Origin: Candidatus Micrarchaeota archaeon
GTDB taxonomy: Archaea; Micrarchaeota; Micrarchaeia; Micrarchaeales; Micrarchaeaceae
Direction: 5' to 3'
Assembly (NCBI GenBank): GCA_021801905.1
Contig: JAKABJ010000001.1
Coordinates: 1-46,614 of the forward strand
Length of the DNA stretch: 46,614 bases
The stretch's first letter is position 1, and the number at the start of each line of letters is the position of its first letter. Positions 17,115 to 27,231 of the stretch are shown piece after piece. The position numbers were made by a program, and so were the translations under genes. The notes below the pieces were generated by a model. The model was not told the DNA's origin. It saw only the letters and a list, made by a program, of their open reading frames with translations, and made no database searches.

Positions 17115-18533
17115 ATGTTGAATAATGAGCAGGAACTCCTAGGATACGCTGATGATGAATATAAGGAACGCTATGGATTTAGCGATAAAACAGAATATTC
17201 TTATAAGACTGAAAAAGGATTGTCTGAGGAAATTGTTAAAGAGATCTCAAAGATAAAAGGTGAGCCAGACTGGATGCTGGAAAAGAGGCTTACCGCATAT
17301 AAAGTATTCAAAAACAAACCACTACCCACATGGGGAGCGGATCTTAGCGGGATAGATTTCGACGATGTTTACTATTATTTAAAACCCACTGGGAAAAAGG
17401 AAGACGCTTGGGAAAAAGTCCCTGAAGATATAAAGAGAACATTCGATAAGCTCGGGATACCCGAAGCGGAAAGAAAGTTCTTTTCTGGAGCAGAAATACA
17501 ATATGATTCCGAAGTTGTTTATGGGCATGTTAAAAAGGAGCTTGAAAAGCAGGGCGTGATATTTACAGATACAGACTCTGCGGTAAAGAAATATCCCGAA
17601 CTTGTGAAAAAATATTTTGGCACAGTAATACCTCCCACAGACAACAAGTTTGCCGCATTAAATACGGCTGTATTTTCAGGGGGCAGCTTCATATATGTGC
17701 CAAAAGGAGTAAAGGTTTCCATGCCGCTTCAGGCATATTTTAGGATAAATGCTGAAAAGGCAGGCCAGTTTGAAAGGACATTGATAATAGCAGATGAGGG
17801 ATCGGATGTTACTTATATAGAGGGATGCACTGCGCCGATTTACATGAGTGCCTCGCTTCACTCCGCTGTTGTTGAGATAATAGTCCATAAAGATGCTCAT
17901 GTCAGATATGTAACAATCCAGAATTGGTCTAGGAACGTATATAATCTTGTTACGCAACGTGCATATGCGTATGAGAATGCTCATATGGAATGGATTGATG
18001 CGAATATCGGAAGCAAGGTGAATATGAAGTACCCGAGCGTATATCTAAAAGGGAGAGGTTCAAAAGGAGAGATATTATCGGTTGCTGTAGCAGGAGAGAA
18101 TCAAGTGCAGGACTCTGGAGGAAAAATGCTTCATCTTGCACCTGACACAACATCCAAGATAATAGCAAAAAGCGTATCAAAGAAAAACGGTGTTTCTTCT
18201 TATAGAGGGCAACTTTATGTTGCAAAAAATGCGGATAATGTGAAATCAACAGTAAGGTGCGATGCCTTGCTTCTTAACAAAGAGTCAAAGACCAACACTT
18301 ATCCTTACATGGATATCCAGAGGGAGGATGCAACTATAACACACGAAGCCGCTGTTGGAAAAATAGGGGAAGAGCAGCTCTTTTACCTTATGTCGCGCGG
18401 ATTAAGCGAAGAGGAGGCCCTTACAACAATTGTGCTTGGTTTTATCGATCCTCTTACTAAAGCCCTTCCGCTTGAATACTCGATAGAGCTGAAGAGACTA
18501 ATAAAACTTGATACAAGCGGATCAGTTGCATGA
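17115..18533 (+). CDS. sufB: Fe-S cluster assembly protein SufB
   Basis: FDKLGIPEAE, GQFERTLII, YIEGCTAP, CDALL, HEA; no intein. Confidence 0.97.
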   Translation: MLNNEQELLGYADDEYKERYGFSDKTEYSYKTEKGLSEEIVKEISKIKGEPDWMLEKRLTAYKVFKNKPLPTWGADLSGIDFDDVYYYLKPTGKKEDAWEKVPEDIKRTFDKLGIPEAERKFFSGAEIQYDSEVVYGHVKKELEKQGVIFTDTDSAVKKYPELVKKYFGTVIPPTDNKFAALNTAVFSGGSFIYVPKGVKVSMPLQAYFRINAEKAGQFERTLIIADEGSDVTYIEGCTAPIYMSASLHSAVVEIIVHKDAHVRYVTIQNWSRNVYNLVTQRAYAYENAHMEWIDANIGSKVNMKYPSVYLKGRGSKGEILSVAVAGENQVQDSGGKMLHLAPDTTSKIIAKSVSKKNGVSSYRGQLYVAKNADNVKSTVRCDALLLNKESKTNTYPYMDIQREDATITHEAAVGKIGEEQLFYLMSRGLSEEEALTTIVLGFIDPLTKALPLEYSIELKRLIKLDTSGSVA

Positions 18534-19837
18534 GTGATTTATTGAACTCTTATAGACTATTTGCTGAAGACGCAATTCAGAAGTATAAGGAGCTGCCAGA
18601 AGAGCAGAATGAGTTATACAAGAGAAAATACGTGAGCTTAAGCCCGGAACAACTTTTCGAAATATTTCAGGACAAGAAAGATAGCACTGAAAGTATTGAG
18701 GAAATTGAAGCCCTGTCGAAATCCATTTTTGTTGATAGTCCTGTAAAATTTGATGCAATAATTTGGGGAGGAGGCCATATAGTTAATCAAGCCCAGAAGA
18801 ATATCAAGATAGTGCCAGTATCCGATATAAGCATGGAGATGCTGGACAGAAAACTGTACAAAAACTCTGATGATAAACTTGCCTCTTTGATGCATGCTTT
18901 TACAAAAGAGATAGTGATTTTAGAAGTGCCAGAGGGGCAAAAAATACAAATAAACTTACTATTTGTCAATGCTTCTCAGCCTCTTGCCACGCAGGTGATA
19001 GTTAATGCGGGAAAAGGCGCAGTGGTTGAGGTTTTTGAATGGTATGCTTCATCTGCTGGCAGCAATTCTGCAAGCGCAGTCATGCATGAATGTATAGCTG
19101 AAGAGTATTCTAATATATCTATAGACGCAATCCATAATGAAGATCATAGAACCACAGTGGTCGGGCTGTCAAAATATAGTGCGATGACTAATGCCACTCT
19201 AAAGCTTAATTATTTGTATAATGGCGGCTCTCATTGCAGGGTAAAAAACTATTTATCTGCATCAGGGTATGAAGCATCGATGTATGTAAATGAACTGGTA
19301 TTCGGATCATCAACGCAGAAATTTGATGTTAGTAGCTACCTTGAGAACTCTTCACAGGCGACCACAGCAGAGTTGCATTCAAAGGCAGTGCTTGCAGATC
19401 AGTCTTTCTGCATATTGAAAGGGTTTGCAAAGATACCCTTTGGATCCAAGAATGCGCGCTCTTTTGTATATGAATCTGGCATGCTTTTAAACAAAGACGC
19501 ATATTTGGAATCGATACCTGCAATGTCGATAGATGAGAATGAGGTGAAGGCCACTCACTCTTCAGCCACAGGTCCTATAGATGAAGAGCTTATATTTTAC
19601 CTTATGTCAAAAGGCCTTCCTGAACAAAGTGCAAAGAAATTAATTGTTGAAGGATTCCTTTCAAGCAGTTTGGGTAAATTCAGAAATGCGACTGCAAAAC
19701 TGGCTGGAGCCAATTTGATTGCAGAGAAGATGGAAAAGGGGATTTTCGGTGCCCCTGTCAAACTCTCTGCAGAGAATATATGGGTTGGAAAAGAAAACGA
19801 AGAGGATATTTTCAAAGGACATTATAAGTACAGATGA
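18530..19837 (+). CDS. sufD: Fe-S cluster assembly protein SufD
   Basis: SIPAMSIDENEVKATHSSATG, FYLMSKG; ATGA overlap with sufB. Confidence 0.9.
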   Translation: MSDLLNSYRLFAEDAIQKYKELPEEQNELYKRKYVSLSPEQLFEIFQDKKDSTESIEEIEALSKSIFVDSPVKFDAIIWGGGHIVNQAQKNIKIVPVSDISMEMLDRKLYKNSDDKLASLMHAFTKEIVILEVPEGQKIQINLLFVNASQPLATQVIVNAGKGAVVEVFEWYASSAGSNSASAVMHECIAEEYSNISIDAIHNEDHRTTVVGLSKYSAMTNATLKLNYLYNGGSHCRVKNYLSASGYEASMYVNELVFGSSTQKFDVSSYLENSSQATTAELHSKAVLADQSFCILKGFAKIPFGSKNARSFVYESGMLLNKDAYLESIPAMSIDENEVKATHSSATGPIDEELIFYLMSKGLPEQSAKKLIVEGFLSSSLGKFRNATAKLAGANLIAEKMEKGIFGAPVKLSAENIWVGKENEEDIFKGHYKYR

Positions 19838-19841
19838 TATT

Positions 19842-20162
19842 ATGCCGACGGATTACGAAATTGCATTGAATGAATTTATGCCCGCATTCAAAGTAAAGGC
19901 GGCTGAGATATTGGTTACAAAAAACAGTATGAGCCAACAGAAAGCAGCAAATCTGCTAGGATTGTCGCAGGCTGCCATAAGCAAATATATAAACGGCATT
20001 TATTCGAAATCTATCGAGAAGAGCCTGGTCAAGATTGATGATAACGCAATGGAAAGATTTGTACATAATATTTCAAAGGACAACGGGATTGCGGCGCAGC
20101 GCGCCATATGTAAAGCATGCCAGAGCTATAATAAATTCAATTGCGCAATAATGATAAAATAA
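19842..20162 (+). CDS. XRE-like HTH transcriptional regulator (COG2522-like) with C-terminal CxxC-x7-C
   Basis: Likely start ATG 19842 (MPTDYE...); HTH SQQKAANLLGLSQAAISKY; C-terminal CKACQSYNKFNC. Confidence 0.82.
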   Translation: MPTDYEIALNEFMPAFKVKAAEILVTKNSMSQQKAANLLGLSQAAISKYINGIYSKSIEKSLVKIDDNAMERFVHNISKDNGIAAQRAICKACQSYNKFNCAIMIK

Positions 20163-20170
20163 GTGATTAT

Positions 20171-20908
20171 ATGATATTGGAAATAAAAGATTTGCATGTC
20201 TCTATAGAAGGGAAGGAAGTGATAAAAGGAATAGACCTAAAAGTAGGTCAGGGAGAAGTGCATGTAATAATGGGGCATAATGGATCTGGAAAAACCACTT
20301 TGGCAAAAACCATAATGGGCTATCCTAGATTAAAACCAACTACTGGAGACATACTTGTAGATGGCCAGAGTATTGTGGGTTTAAGCACCGACAAACGCGC
20401 AAAACTGGGCTTGTTCTTAGGTTTTCAAAATCCAGTCGAGGTAGAAGGAGTAGGATTCATAAATTTCTTGCATAGCGCCAAAGAGGCAATGGCAACTACA
20501 GTAAACACAAAGGAATTAATGGCAGACATAAGGACCAGCGCCGTAAATCTGAAAATGGTTGATAATCTTATAGGAAGATCACTGAATCAGGGGTTCTCGG
20601 GAGGCGAGAAGAAGAAAGCAGAAGTATTGCAGATGGGTGTCCTTCAGCCTAAAATTGCAATACTTGATGAACCGGATTCTGGGCTTGATATAGATGCTGT
20701 CAAGGTAGTTGCAGAAAATATAAATGAATTCGGTAAAAAATACAACATGGGATTGATAATAATAACCCATTACAGCAGGATATTATCATATATGAACCCC
20801 GAATTCGTGCATGTAATGGCAAATGGAAAGATTGTAGCCGAAGGGGGCAAAGAACTCATAGAGAAATTGGAAAAGGATGGATATGAGTCATTCATAAAGG
20901 GAAGCTGA
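20171..20908 (+). CDS. sufC: Fe-S cluster assembly ATPase SufC
   Basis: GHNGSGKT, FQNPVEV, GFSGGEKK, LDEPDSGLDIDA, ITHY; likely start ATG 20171. Confidence 0.96.
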   Translation: MILEIKDLHVSIEGKEVIKGIDLKVGQGEVHVIMGHNGSGKTTLAKTIMGYPRLKPTTGDILVDGQSIVGLSTDKRAKLGLFLGFQNPVEVEGVGFINFLHSAKEAMATTVNTKELMADIRTSAVNLKMVDNLIGRSLNQGFSGGEKKKAEVLQMGVLQPKIAILDEPDSGLDIDAVKVVAENINEFGKKYNMGLIIITHYSRILSYMNPEFVHVMANGKIVAEGGKELIEKLEKDGYESFIKGS

Positions 20909-20909
20909 T

Positions 20910-22160
20910 ATGGGATCTAGGATTGACCCTGATAAGATAAAAAAAGATTTTCCTATTTTAAAAAATAAAATGAATGGAAAACCTTTAATTTACTTGGATA
21001 GCGCCGCAACTTCCCAGAAGCCCAAAATAGTTATAGACACCATTACAGACTATTATGAAAACTATAACGCCAACATACATAGAGGGATATACAAGATTGC
21101 TGAGACAGCTACTGAAAGATATATTGAATCCAAAAGGAAGCTTGCAGGGTTTATAGGAGCGGAAAAATTTGAAGAGATAATATATGTAAGGAACACTACA
21201 GAAGCGATAAATCTTGTGGCATTGACATGGGGGGCTTCGAATATTAAAAAAGGAGACAGGATACTCATATCCGAGATGGAACATCATAGCAACATAGTCC
21301 CATGGCAGATGCTTGCAAAGAAAAAGGGCGCAATAATAGATTATATAAAAATGGATAAAAATGGAGAAGGGCTTTCTGATGGTAGCTTTCTGGAGCAGAT
21401 TGAAAAAGAACCTAAACTGCTTGCCATTACACATGTTTCGAATGTTCTTGGAAGTATAAATGACGTTAAGAGCATGACAAAAATCGCAAAGAAAAATGGT
21501 GCAACTGTACTGGTAGACGGAGCCCAATCAGTACCGCACATGCCGGTAAATGTGAATGAGATTGGATGCGATTTTTTTGCACTTTCAGGCCATAAGATGC
21601 TTGCGCCTACTGGAATCGGTGCCTTATATGGTAAAATGGATCTGCTAGATTCTATGGAACCCCTTTTTGGAGGGGGAGATATGATAAAAAACGTGGGCTT
21701 TGACTCTTACACTACAAATGACTTGCCTTGGAAGTTTGAAGCAGGAACATCCAATATAGAGGGAGGGATAGCGTTAGGAGCCGCTGTTGATTATTTAGAA
21801 AAAATAGGAATGCAAAAAGTCAGGGAGCACGAGAAAGAGTTAACAGTCTATGCTTTAGAAAAGCTCAACAAAATAAAAGGATTGAAGGTTTTTGGATATG
21901 GAAAAGAGAATATTGAAAAACGCGGTGGCGTCATATCATTTTCATTGGACAAAATACATCCGCATGACGTTTCTGCTGTTTTTGATAGTTTCGGCATAGC
22001 AATACGGGCTGGACATCACTGCGCGATGCCATTGGTCAGGGGGATATTCAAGGTTGGTGCGCTCTCAAGAATGAGCTTTTACATTTATAATAATAAGAGA
22101 GATGTTGATGTTTCAATAGATGCCATAAATTCGGTGAAAAATATTTTCAAAGTGAAATAA
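20910..22160 (+). CDS. sufS: Cysteine desulfurase SufS (group II)
   Basis: YLDSAATSQKP, EHHSN, SGHKM (PLP Lys), RAGHHCA. Confidence 0.96.
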   Translation: MGSRIDPDKIKKDFPILKNKMNGKPLIYLDSAATSQKPKIVIDTITDYYENYNANIHRGIYKIAETATERYIESKRKLAGFIGAEKFEEIIYVRNTTEAINLVALTWGASNIKKGDRILISEMEHHSNIVPWQMLAKKKGAIIDYIKMDKNGEGLSDGSFLEQIEKEPKLLAITHVSNVLGSINDVKSMTKIAKKNGATVLVDGAQSVPHMPVNVNEIGCDFFALSGHKMLAPTGIGALYGKMDLLDSMEPLFGGGDMIKNVGFDSYTTNDLPWKFEAGTSNIEGGIALGAAVDYLEKIGMQKVREHEKELTVYALEKLNKIKGLKVFGYGKENIEKRGGVISFSLDKIHPHDVSAVFDSFGIAIRAGHHCAMPLVRGIFKVGALSRMSFYIYNNKRDVDVSIDAINSVKNIFKVK

Positions 22161-22546
22161 TGCCATTAGACATATACGCTGAGGAGATAATATCTCAGTA
22201 TGAACATCCGCATAATAAAGGCAAGCTGCCTAAATACGATGTAGAGTTTCATGATGAAAACCCAATATGCGGGGATGACATAACGATTTATGTAAAAATA
22301 GAAAATGATAAGATTGCTCAGGTTTCATTTGAGGGGCAGGGATGTGCAATAAGCCAGGCCGGAGCAAGCATGCTGACTGATTTCGTAAAGGGCATGCCGA
22401 TTACTGAAGCGAATAGAATAGACTATGATAAAATAAAAGCCATAATCGGATTAGACCCTGGACCAGCAAGAATGCACTGTGCGGTTCTTTCAATGAAAGC
22501 CCTTTCCGGTGCGCTTAAAAAGTACATGGAACACAAATATAAGTAG
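22160..22546 (+). CDS. sufU: SufU/IscU-family scaffold or sulfur-transfer protein
   Basis: NPICGD, GCAISQA, RMHCA (three conserved Cys plus Asp). Confidence 0.92.
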   Translation: MPLDIYAEEIISQYEHPHNKGKLPKYDVEFHDENPICGDDITIYVKIENDKIAQVSFEGQGCAISQAGASMLTDFVKGMPITEANRIDYDKIKAIIGLDPGPARMHCAVLSMKALSGALKKYMEHKYK

Positions 22547-22558
22547 GTTTTTCACACA

Positions 22559-23419
22559 TTAAACTATAATCATAAATGCGGCAACAATCATAATTGCAGA
22601 TAAAGCGATTTTTCTTTTTATATTTTTTTCGTGGAAGAATACTCCGCTCACTGATACTATCATTATTATATTGATAACATTTCTTAAAGGAGATACTAGG
22701 CTTATAGGGGCTTCTGCAACTGCCGCATAGTAGGTTATCCTGTATAAAACTGCAAGGGCCGCTATAATTAACATTGGTTTCCAGAATTTTTTTATGTTTC
22801 TTTTGATTTCTTTTTTGTTGCCGTGTTTATGCCTTAGTATTACAAATAGATTGAATGCCACAAATACCTCTATTATGAACAACGCAGTGTATATGGTAAC
22901 TCCTGAAAGAATGAATTTGAGCATTATTGCATCTATTGCAATAAGGAAGATTATTGCAATCAGCATTATTGGATATTTTTTGGCATATCTTTTCGTAGAG
23001 GGCTTTGTCGTATGGCTGACAAGAAGAAAGGTTGCAACCAATAGTATAGCAACGCCAGCGTATTGTATAAAGCTGAGCACTTCGCCGAGTAATAGGTACC
23101 CGAATATAACTGTGAGCATCTGCGGCACTGTACTCAATATAGGAGTTGATATGGAGATATTTGCATGCTTGTAAATCCTTGCTGTTAACCAATAGCTTAT
23201 TGCAGCCGTGATTCCCATCACGTAAAGTACAACCCAGTATATGAGTTTTATGTTAAAATTTAAAAATGGAATGAATGAGAGAGACAGTAATGTTATAAAG
23301 ATTGTAGTTATGGAGCTATAGGAAAGCGCATGGGCTCTCCTTAGAACCTTTTTTTCAAGGATTGATGCAACACCCACTAGAGAAGATGATATGAGCGTAA
23401 GGTAATACCATTGTATCAT
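22559..23419 (-). CDS. EamA/DMT family transporter
   Basis: About 10 TM helices in two repeats (ISISTPI...LLGE; ISLVSPL...FFHEK). Confidence 0.85.
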   Translation of the reverse strand: MIQWYYLTLISSSLVGVASILEKKVLRRAHALSYSSITTIFITLLSLSFIPFLNFNIKLIYWVVLYVMGITAAISYWLTARIYKHANISISTPILSTVPQMLTVIFGYLLLGEVLSFIQYAGVAILLVATFLLVSHTTKPSTKRYAKKYPIMLIAIIFLIAIDAIMLKFILSGVTIYTALFIIEVFVAFNLFVILRHKHGNKKEIKRNIKKFWKPMLIIAALAVLYRITYYAAVAEAPISLVSPLRNVINIIMIVSVSGVFFHEKNIKRKIALSAIMIVAAFMIIV

Positions 23420-23428
23420 TGAATTCCC

Positions 23429-23482
23429 TTTTCAGAGACTCTCTTTTCATCACAGATCAGAAATACCTCGTATCATCACAGT
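23429..23482 (-). ncRNA. C/D box methylation-guide sRNA
   Basis: Minus strand GTGATGA-TACGAGGTATTT-CTGA-TCT-GTGATGA-AAAGAGAGTCT-CTGA: consensus C, D', C' and D boxes with 12- and 11-nt guides, intergenic. Confidence 0.9.
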
Positions 23483-23784
23483 TTCATTTGCATTATTGTA
23501 AATTTAGCTGTTTCGTTTCGCTATTTTTTGGCTATAGGAAGCCCATAAAAGTGCATGCTTTTCCTCTGCTTAACTGATTCCGCCATTTTGAGTAAGACCT
23601 GTTTTCATCCCCTTTGCAGCCCTATACAACTGCCTATTTTGGGCCTTGTAGTACCTCCTGTATGCAGCTTTCTTCATGCAGCGCGGCGGCTCTTTTGGAT
23701 GTTAATCGATAAGGTGGTCATGCAAAATGGCAGGTTCAGCTCACTTTGCCAATTTGCATTCTGTTTTACTTTGATTTCAAGTTT

Positions 23785-23857
23785 TAGCCCCTACCGGATT
23801 CGAACCGATGTACGCGGGTCCAAAGCCCGCGGTCCTTGGCCGCTAGACGAAGGGGCT
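23785..23857 (-). tRNA. tRNA-Gln(TTG)
   Basis: AGCCCCT/AGGGGCT-A acceptor with the archaeal A1-U72 pair; GCGGG-CTTTGGA-CCCGC anticodon arm; GGTTCGAATCC; 73 nt, no intron or CCA. Confidence 0.95.
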
Positions 23858-23881
23858 ACGTTCCTTACTTAGAATCTAAAT

Positions 23882-25351
23882 TTAATAAGATTTAGCAAAA
23901 TAAGCCATATGCTTTGCCTCCTCTCCGCACACTATACATCTCTTCCCTTTGGACTTTTCTTGGATGTGAAGAGGCATGTTGCTTATCTTCCCTTTTGTTT
24001 CGTTCTTTACTTTCTCCTCGCATTTGAACGAACCGCACCATGGCGCCTCTGCAAAACCCCCAGTTACAGTTATTATTTTCTTCAATTCAGGATAATCATG
24101 AACCTCATGGATGCTTGATTTTAGCAGTTTTAATGCCCTGTCATAAAGATTTTGATGAATCTCTTCGAGCAGGGATTCGATCTCCTTTGTTAAGTCAGCC
24201 ATTTTCACATCCTGTTTTTTGGAGTTATCCCTTCTATAAACAACCACTTTATCAGCTTTTATATCGCGTTCCCCTATTTCTATCCTTATTGGCACTCCTT
24301 TTAATTCCCATTCGTGGAACTTCCATCCTGGAGAATATGCATCATTGTCGTCCACAAAAACTCTAACTTTTTCAGAAAGTCTTTTTGACAGCTCTTTCGC
24401 GGATTTTATCACTGGATCTTTGGAATCATTGTTGTATATCGGGATTATGACAACCTGTATCCTTGCCAGCTTTGGTGGTATTATTAATCCTTTATTATCT
24501 CCGTGTACGGAGAGCATTACACCTAACTCCCTTGTGCTTATTGCAAAAGTATTTTGGTATACATAATCTATTTTACCCTCCTTGTTCAGGAATTTAATTC
24601 CAAATGGCTTTGAAAAATTCTGCCCATCCATGTGAAAATCCGGCCCTTGTATTGAAGCGCCATCCGGTAGCATGTGCTCTATGCTGTAGGAGGCCTCTGC
24701 ACCTGCAAATTTTTCAGAATCGGTTTTCTTGCCGATTATGCCTGGAAGCGCAAGATAATCATTCAATATGCTCAGGTATATATTCAATATCGTATCCCTT
24801 TCGCTTTCTGCCTCCTCTTTTGTTGCAAATGCCGTATGGCCTTCATTCCATAGGAATTCCCTGCTTCTCAATAGAGGAGTGGGGTGCTTGAATTCCCACC
24901 TTACAACGCTATTCCATTGATTATACCTCATCGGAAGGTCTCTCCATGACCTTATCCATTTTGAATAGCTTTCATACATTATCGTCTCAGAAGTGGGCCT
25001 TATTGCTAGCCTCTCATCGAGCTTTGAATTGCCTGTTTGTGTCACCCATGCAACCTCTGGATTAAAGCCTTTTATGTGCTCTTTTTCCTTGCTTAGGAGT
25101 TTTTCAGGTATCAGGAGAGGAAAATATACATTATTTATGCCCGCATCGCTCAGGAGAGCATTTGTTGATTTTTGTATCATTTCCCAAGCGAAATACCCAT
25201 CAGGCCTGAATGCAAGGCATCCTGAAACAGAGGTATAGTCTACAAATTCTGACTTGCTTATTATCTGAGTATACCATTCCGAAAAATTCTCCTCCTTCTT
25301 AACAGTAATCCCATCTTCACTCTTTTTCCTTTCATCTGCCATTATAATCAC
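23882..25351 (-). CDS. proS: Proline--tRNA ligase (archaeal/eukaryotic type)
   Basis: FSEWY, RPTSET, VVRWE, REFLWNEGH, C-terminal AKSY. Confidence 0.97.
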   Translation of the reverse strand: MIIMADERKKSEDGITVKKEENFSEWYTQIISKSEFVDYTSVSGCLAFRPDGYFAWEMIQKSTNALLSDAGINNVYFPLLIPEKLLSKEKEHIKGFNPEVAWVTQTGNSKLDERLAIRPTSETIMYESYSKWIRSWRDLPMRYNQWNSVVRWEFKHPTPLLRSREFLWNEGHTAFATKEEAESERDTILNIYLSILNDYLALPGIIGKKTDSEKFAGAEASYSIEHMLPDGASIQGPDFHMDGQNFSKPFGIKFLNKEGKIDYVYQNTFAISTRELGVMLSVHGDNKGLIIPPKLARIQVVIIPIYNNDSKDPVIKSAKELSKRLSEKVRVFVDDNDAYSPGWKFHEWELKGVPIRIEIGERDIKADKVVVYRRDNSKKQDVKMADLTKEIESLLEEIHQNLYDRALKLLKSSIHEVHDYPELKKIITVTGGFAEAPWCGSFKCEEKVKNETKGKISNMPLHIQEKSKGKRCIVCGEEAKHMAYFAKSY

Positions 25352-25471
25352 AACATTGAGGATATTAGTATTTATTAATTTGATTGTGTATTTTTGGTGA
25401 TGGGATTTCCTGGGCTGCTATATGGAAATGCGGTTTTTTAGATTTGCACTTGTTAAATATTCTGTGTTAAA

Positions 25472-26644
25472 ATGGCGAAATCCATTACAATATTAAAAAT
25501 TGACGGTGACGGGATTGGCCCAGAGATAATTAGTGCAGCGGTAAAAGTGATTGACTCTGCCGTTGGGCGCGCATATAAATCGAATATGAAAATCAATTGG
25601 CTTACCGTTCCTGCGGGAAAAGCCGCCCAAAAGCAGTTTGGAAGCAGCCTTCCTAAGAAAACAGTTAATGCATTAAAAAAATACAGGCTTCTTCTTAAAG
25701 GGCCGCTCGAAACCCCGGTTGGTAAGGGGATAAGATCATTGAACGTGCAGATGAGGATCTTGTTGGACCTTTATGCCAACATACGGCCTGTAAAATACAT
25801 GAATGGGCTTGAAAGCCCAATAAAAAACCCTGAACGGATAGACATGGTAATATTCAGGGAAAATACAGATGATCTTTATACTGGAATAGAATGGCCTTAC
25901 AATAGCAGGGAGGCCAATTCGTTAAGAAGGTTCATTAATAAAGAGTTTAAAGTGCACCTGGACTCTGATGCCGGAATAGGGATAAAACCCATGAGCAAAT
26001 CGAAAACTGAAAGGATAACTAGAAAAGCATTGGAGTATGCGATAAAAAGCCAAAGACGGTCTGTAACAATAATGCATAAAGGAAATATTATGAAATATAC
26101 GGAAGGAGCCTTCCGCGAATGGGCATATTCTGTTGCAGCTAATGAGTATGCCAGAAAATTTGTTAGAGAAGATGCATTAAACGGGAGAACTCTTCCAAAA
26201 GGTAAGATATTGATAAACGACAGGATAGCAGACAATATGTTCCAGCAGATAATAACAAGACCTGAAAGCTATGATGTGATACTGGCACCGAATCTGAATG
26301 GGGATTATATATCTGATGCTGCAGGAGCATTGATAGGAGATATAGGCGTGCTTGGGGGAGCGAATATAGGAGACAACGGCGGTGTGTTTGAGGCAGTGCA
26401 TGGAACAGCTGAAAAATATGCGGGCATGAACATAGCCAATCCGCTCGGAATAATAAAGGCAGGGCAGATGATGCTTGACCACCTTGGGTTGGGGGCTGCA
26501 TCTGAATTGATATCAAAAGCGGTAGACCGCTCTATAAAGGAAAAAAGGGTTACAAAGGATATTGCACGATATCTGGGGTCCAAACCATTAAGCACATCCG
26601 AATTTACCGAGAACTTATTAAAGAAGATAAATCAAGGGGTTTGA
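25472..26644 (+). CDS. icd: NADP-dependent isocitrate dehydrogenase
   Basis: GDGIGPEI, KGPLETPVGKGIRSLNV, HKGNIMKYTEGAF, NLNGDYISD, EAVHGTA. Confidence 0.95.
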   Translation: MAKSITILKIDGDGIGPEIISAAVKVIDSAVGRAYKSNMKINWLTVPAGKAAQKQFGSSLPKKTVNALKKYRLLLKGPLETPVGKGIRSLNVQMRILLDLYANIRPVKYMNGLESPIKNPERIDMVIFRENTDDLYTGIEWPYNSREANSLRRFINKEFKVHLDSDAGIGIKPMSKSKTERITRKALEYAIKSQRRSVTIMHKGNIMKYTEGAFREWAYSVAANEYARKFVREDALNGRTLPKGKILINDRIADNMFQQIITRPESYDVILAPNLNGDYISDAAGALIGDIGVLGGANIGDNGGVFEAVHGTAEKYAGMNIANPLGIIKAGQMMLDHLGLGAASELISKAVDRSIKEKRVTKDIARYLGSKPLSTSEFTENLLKKINQGV

Positions 26645-27231
26645 TTCTGCTCTGCAATTGCCAAAGCATCTTGCATCATTTTATATTCTGAGTCAGAAAA
26701 TATTTTTGCCTCTTTTATGCTCTTCCTTTTAAGGATAAATTTTAGGACTTCAAACCTATCATCATTGATTCCCCTTATGGTAGATCCAAGCAGTTTTACA
26801 GGGTCTTTTATTGTAGGGATGCCTTCTATCTCAAGTATCCATTCCTCTGCAACCTGCCTATAACCCACAAGCAGAGATATTTCCTGGACTGCCAGCATTA
26901 GTTTTTTTGAAGTTTCAATTTTTTGGACATCTTCTGAATTCAGCTTCTCTGGCTCTGTCTCTTTTTTAATTATATATTCAGAGTATGCTTTGAGCATATT
27001 TTCGCTTTCAGAGGCTATGTGAGTAACCACGAAGAGGTCTCTCTCGGCTTCGCTAGTTATTTCGTTTGCAGTAACGAGGTTTCCATCCACCTTCATGCGG
27101 CCGGATTTTACTTCGTTCTGCAGCGTTATTATTGCCTCGTTAGCCAATTCTGTCTTTACTTTTACAAGTAAATCCTCACACAATATCCAAGCAGGTATGC
27201 CCTCTTCGAATTCCATAATACCATCAAACAT
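26632..27231 (-). CDS. Hypothetical acidic, helical protein
   Basis: 199-aa ORF overlapping the end of the thrC-like gene; no motif recognised. Confidence 0.7.
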   Translation of the reverse strand: MFDGIMEFEEGIPAWILCEDLLVKVKTELANEAIITLQNEVKSGRMKVDGNLVTANEITSEAERDLFVVTHIASESENMLKAYSEYIIKKETEPEKLNSEDVQKIETSKKLMLAVQEISLLVGYRQVAEEWILEIEGIPTIKDPVKLLGSTIRGINDDRFEVLKFILKRKSIKEAKIFSDSEYKMMQDALAIAEQNQTP

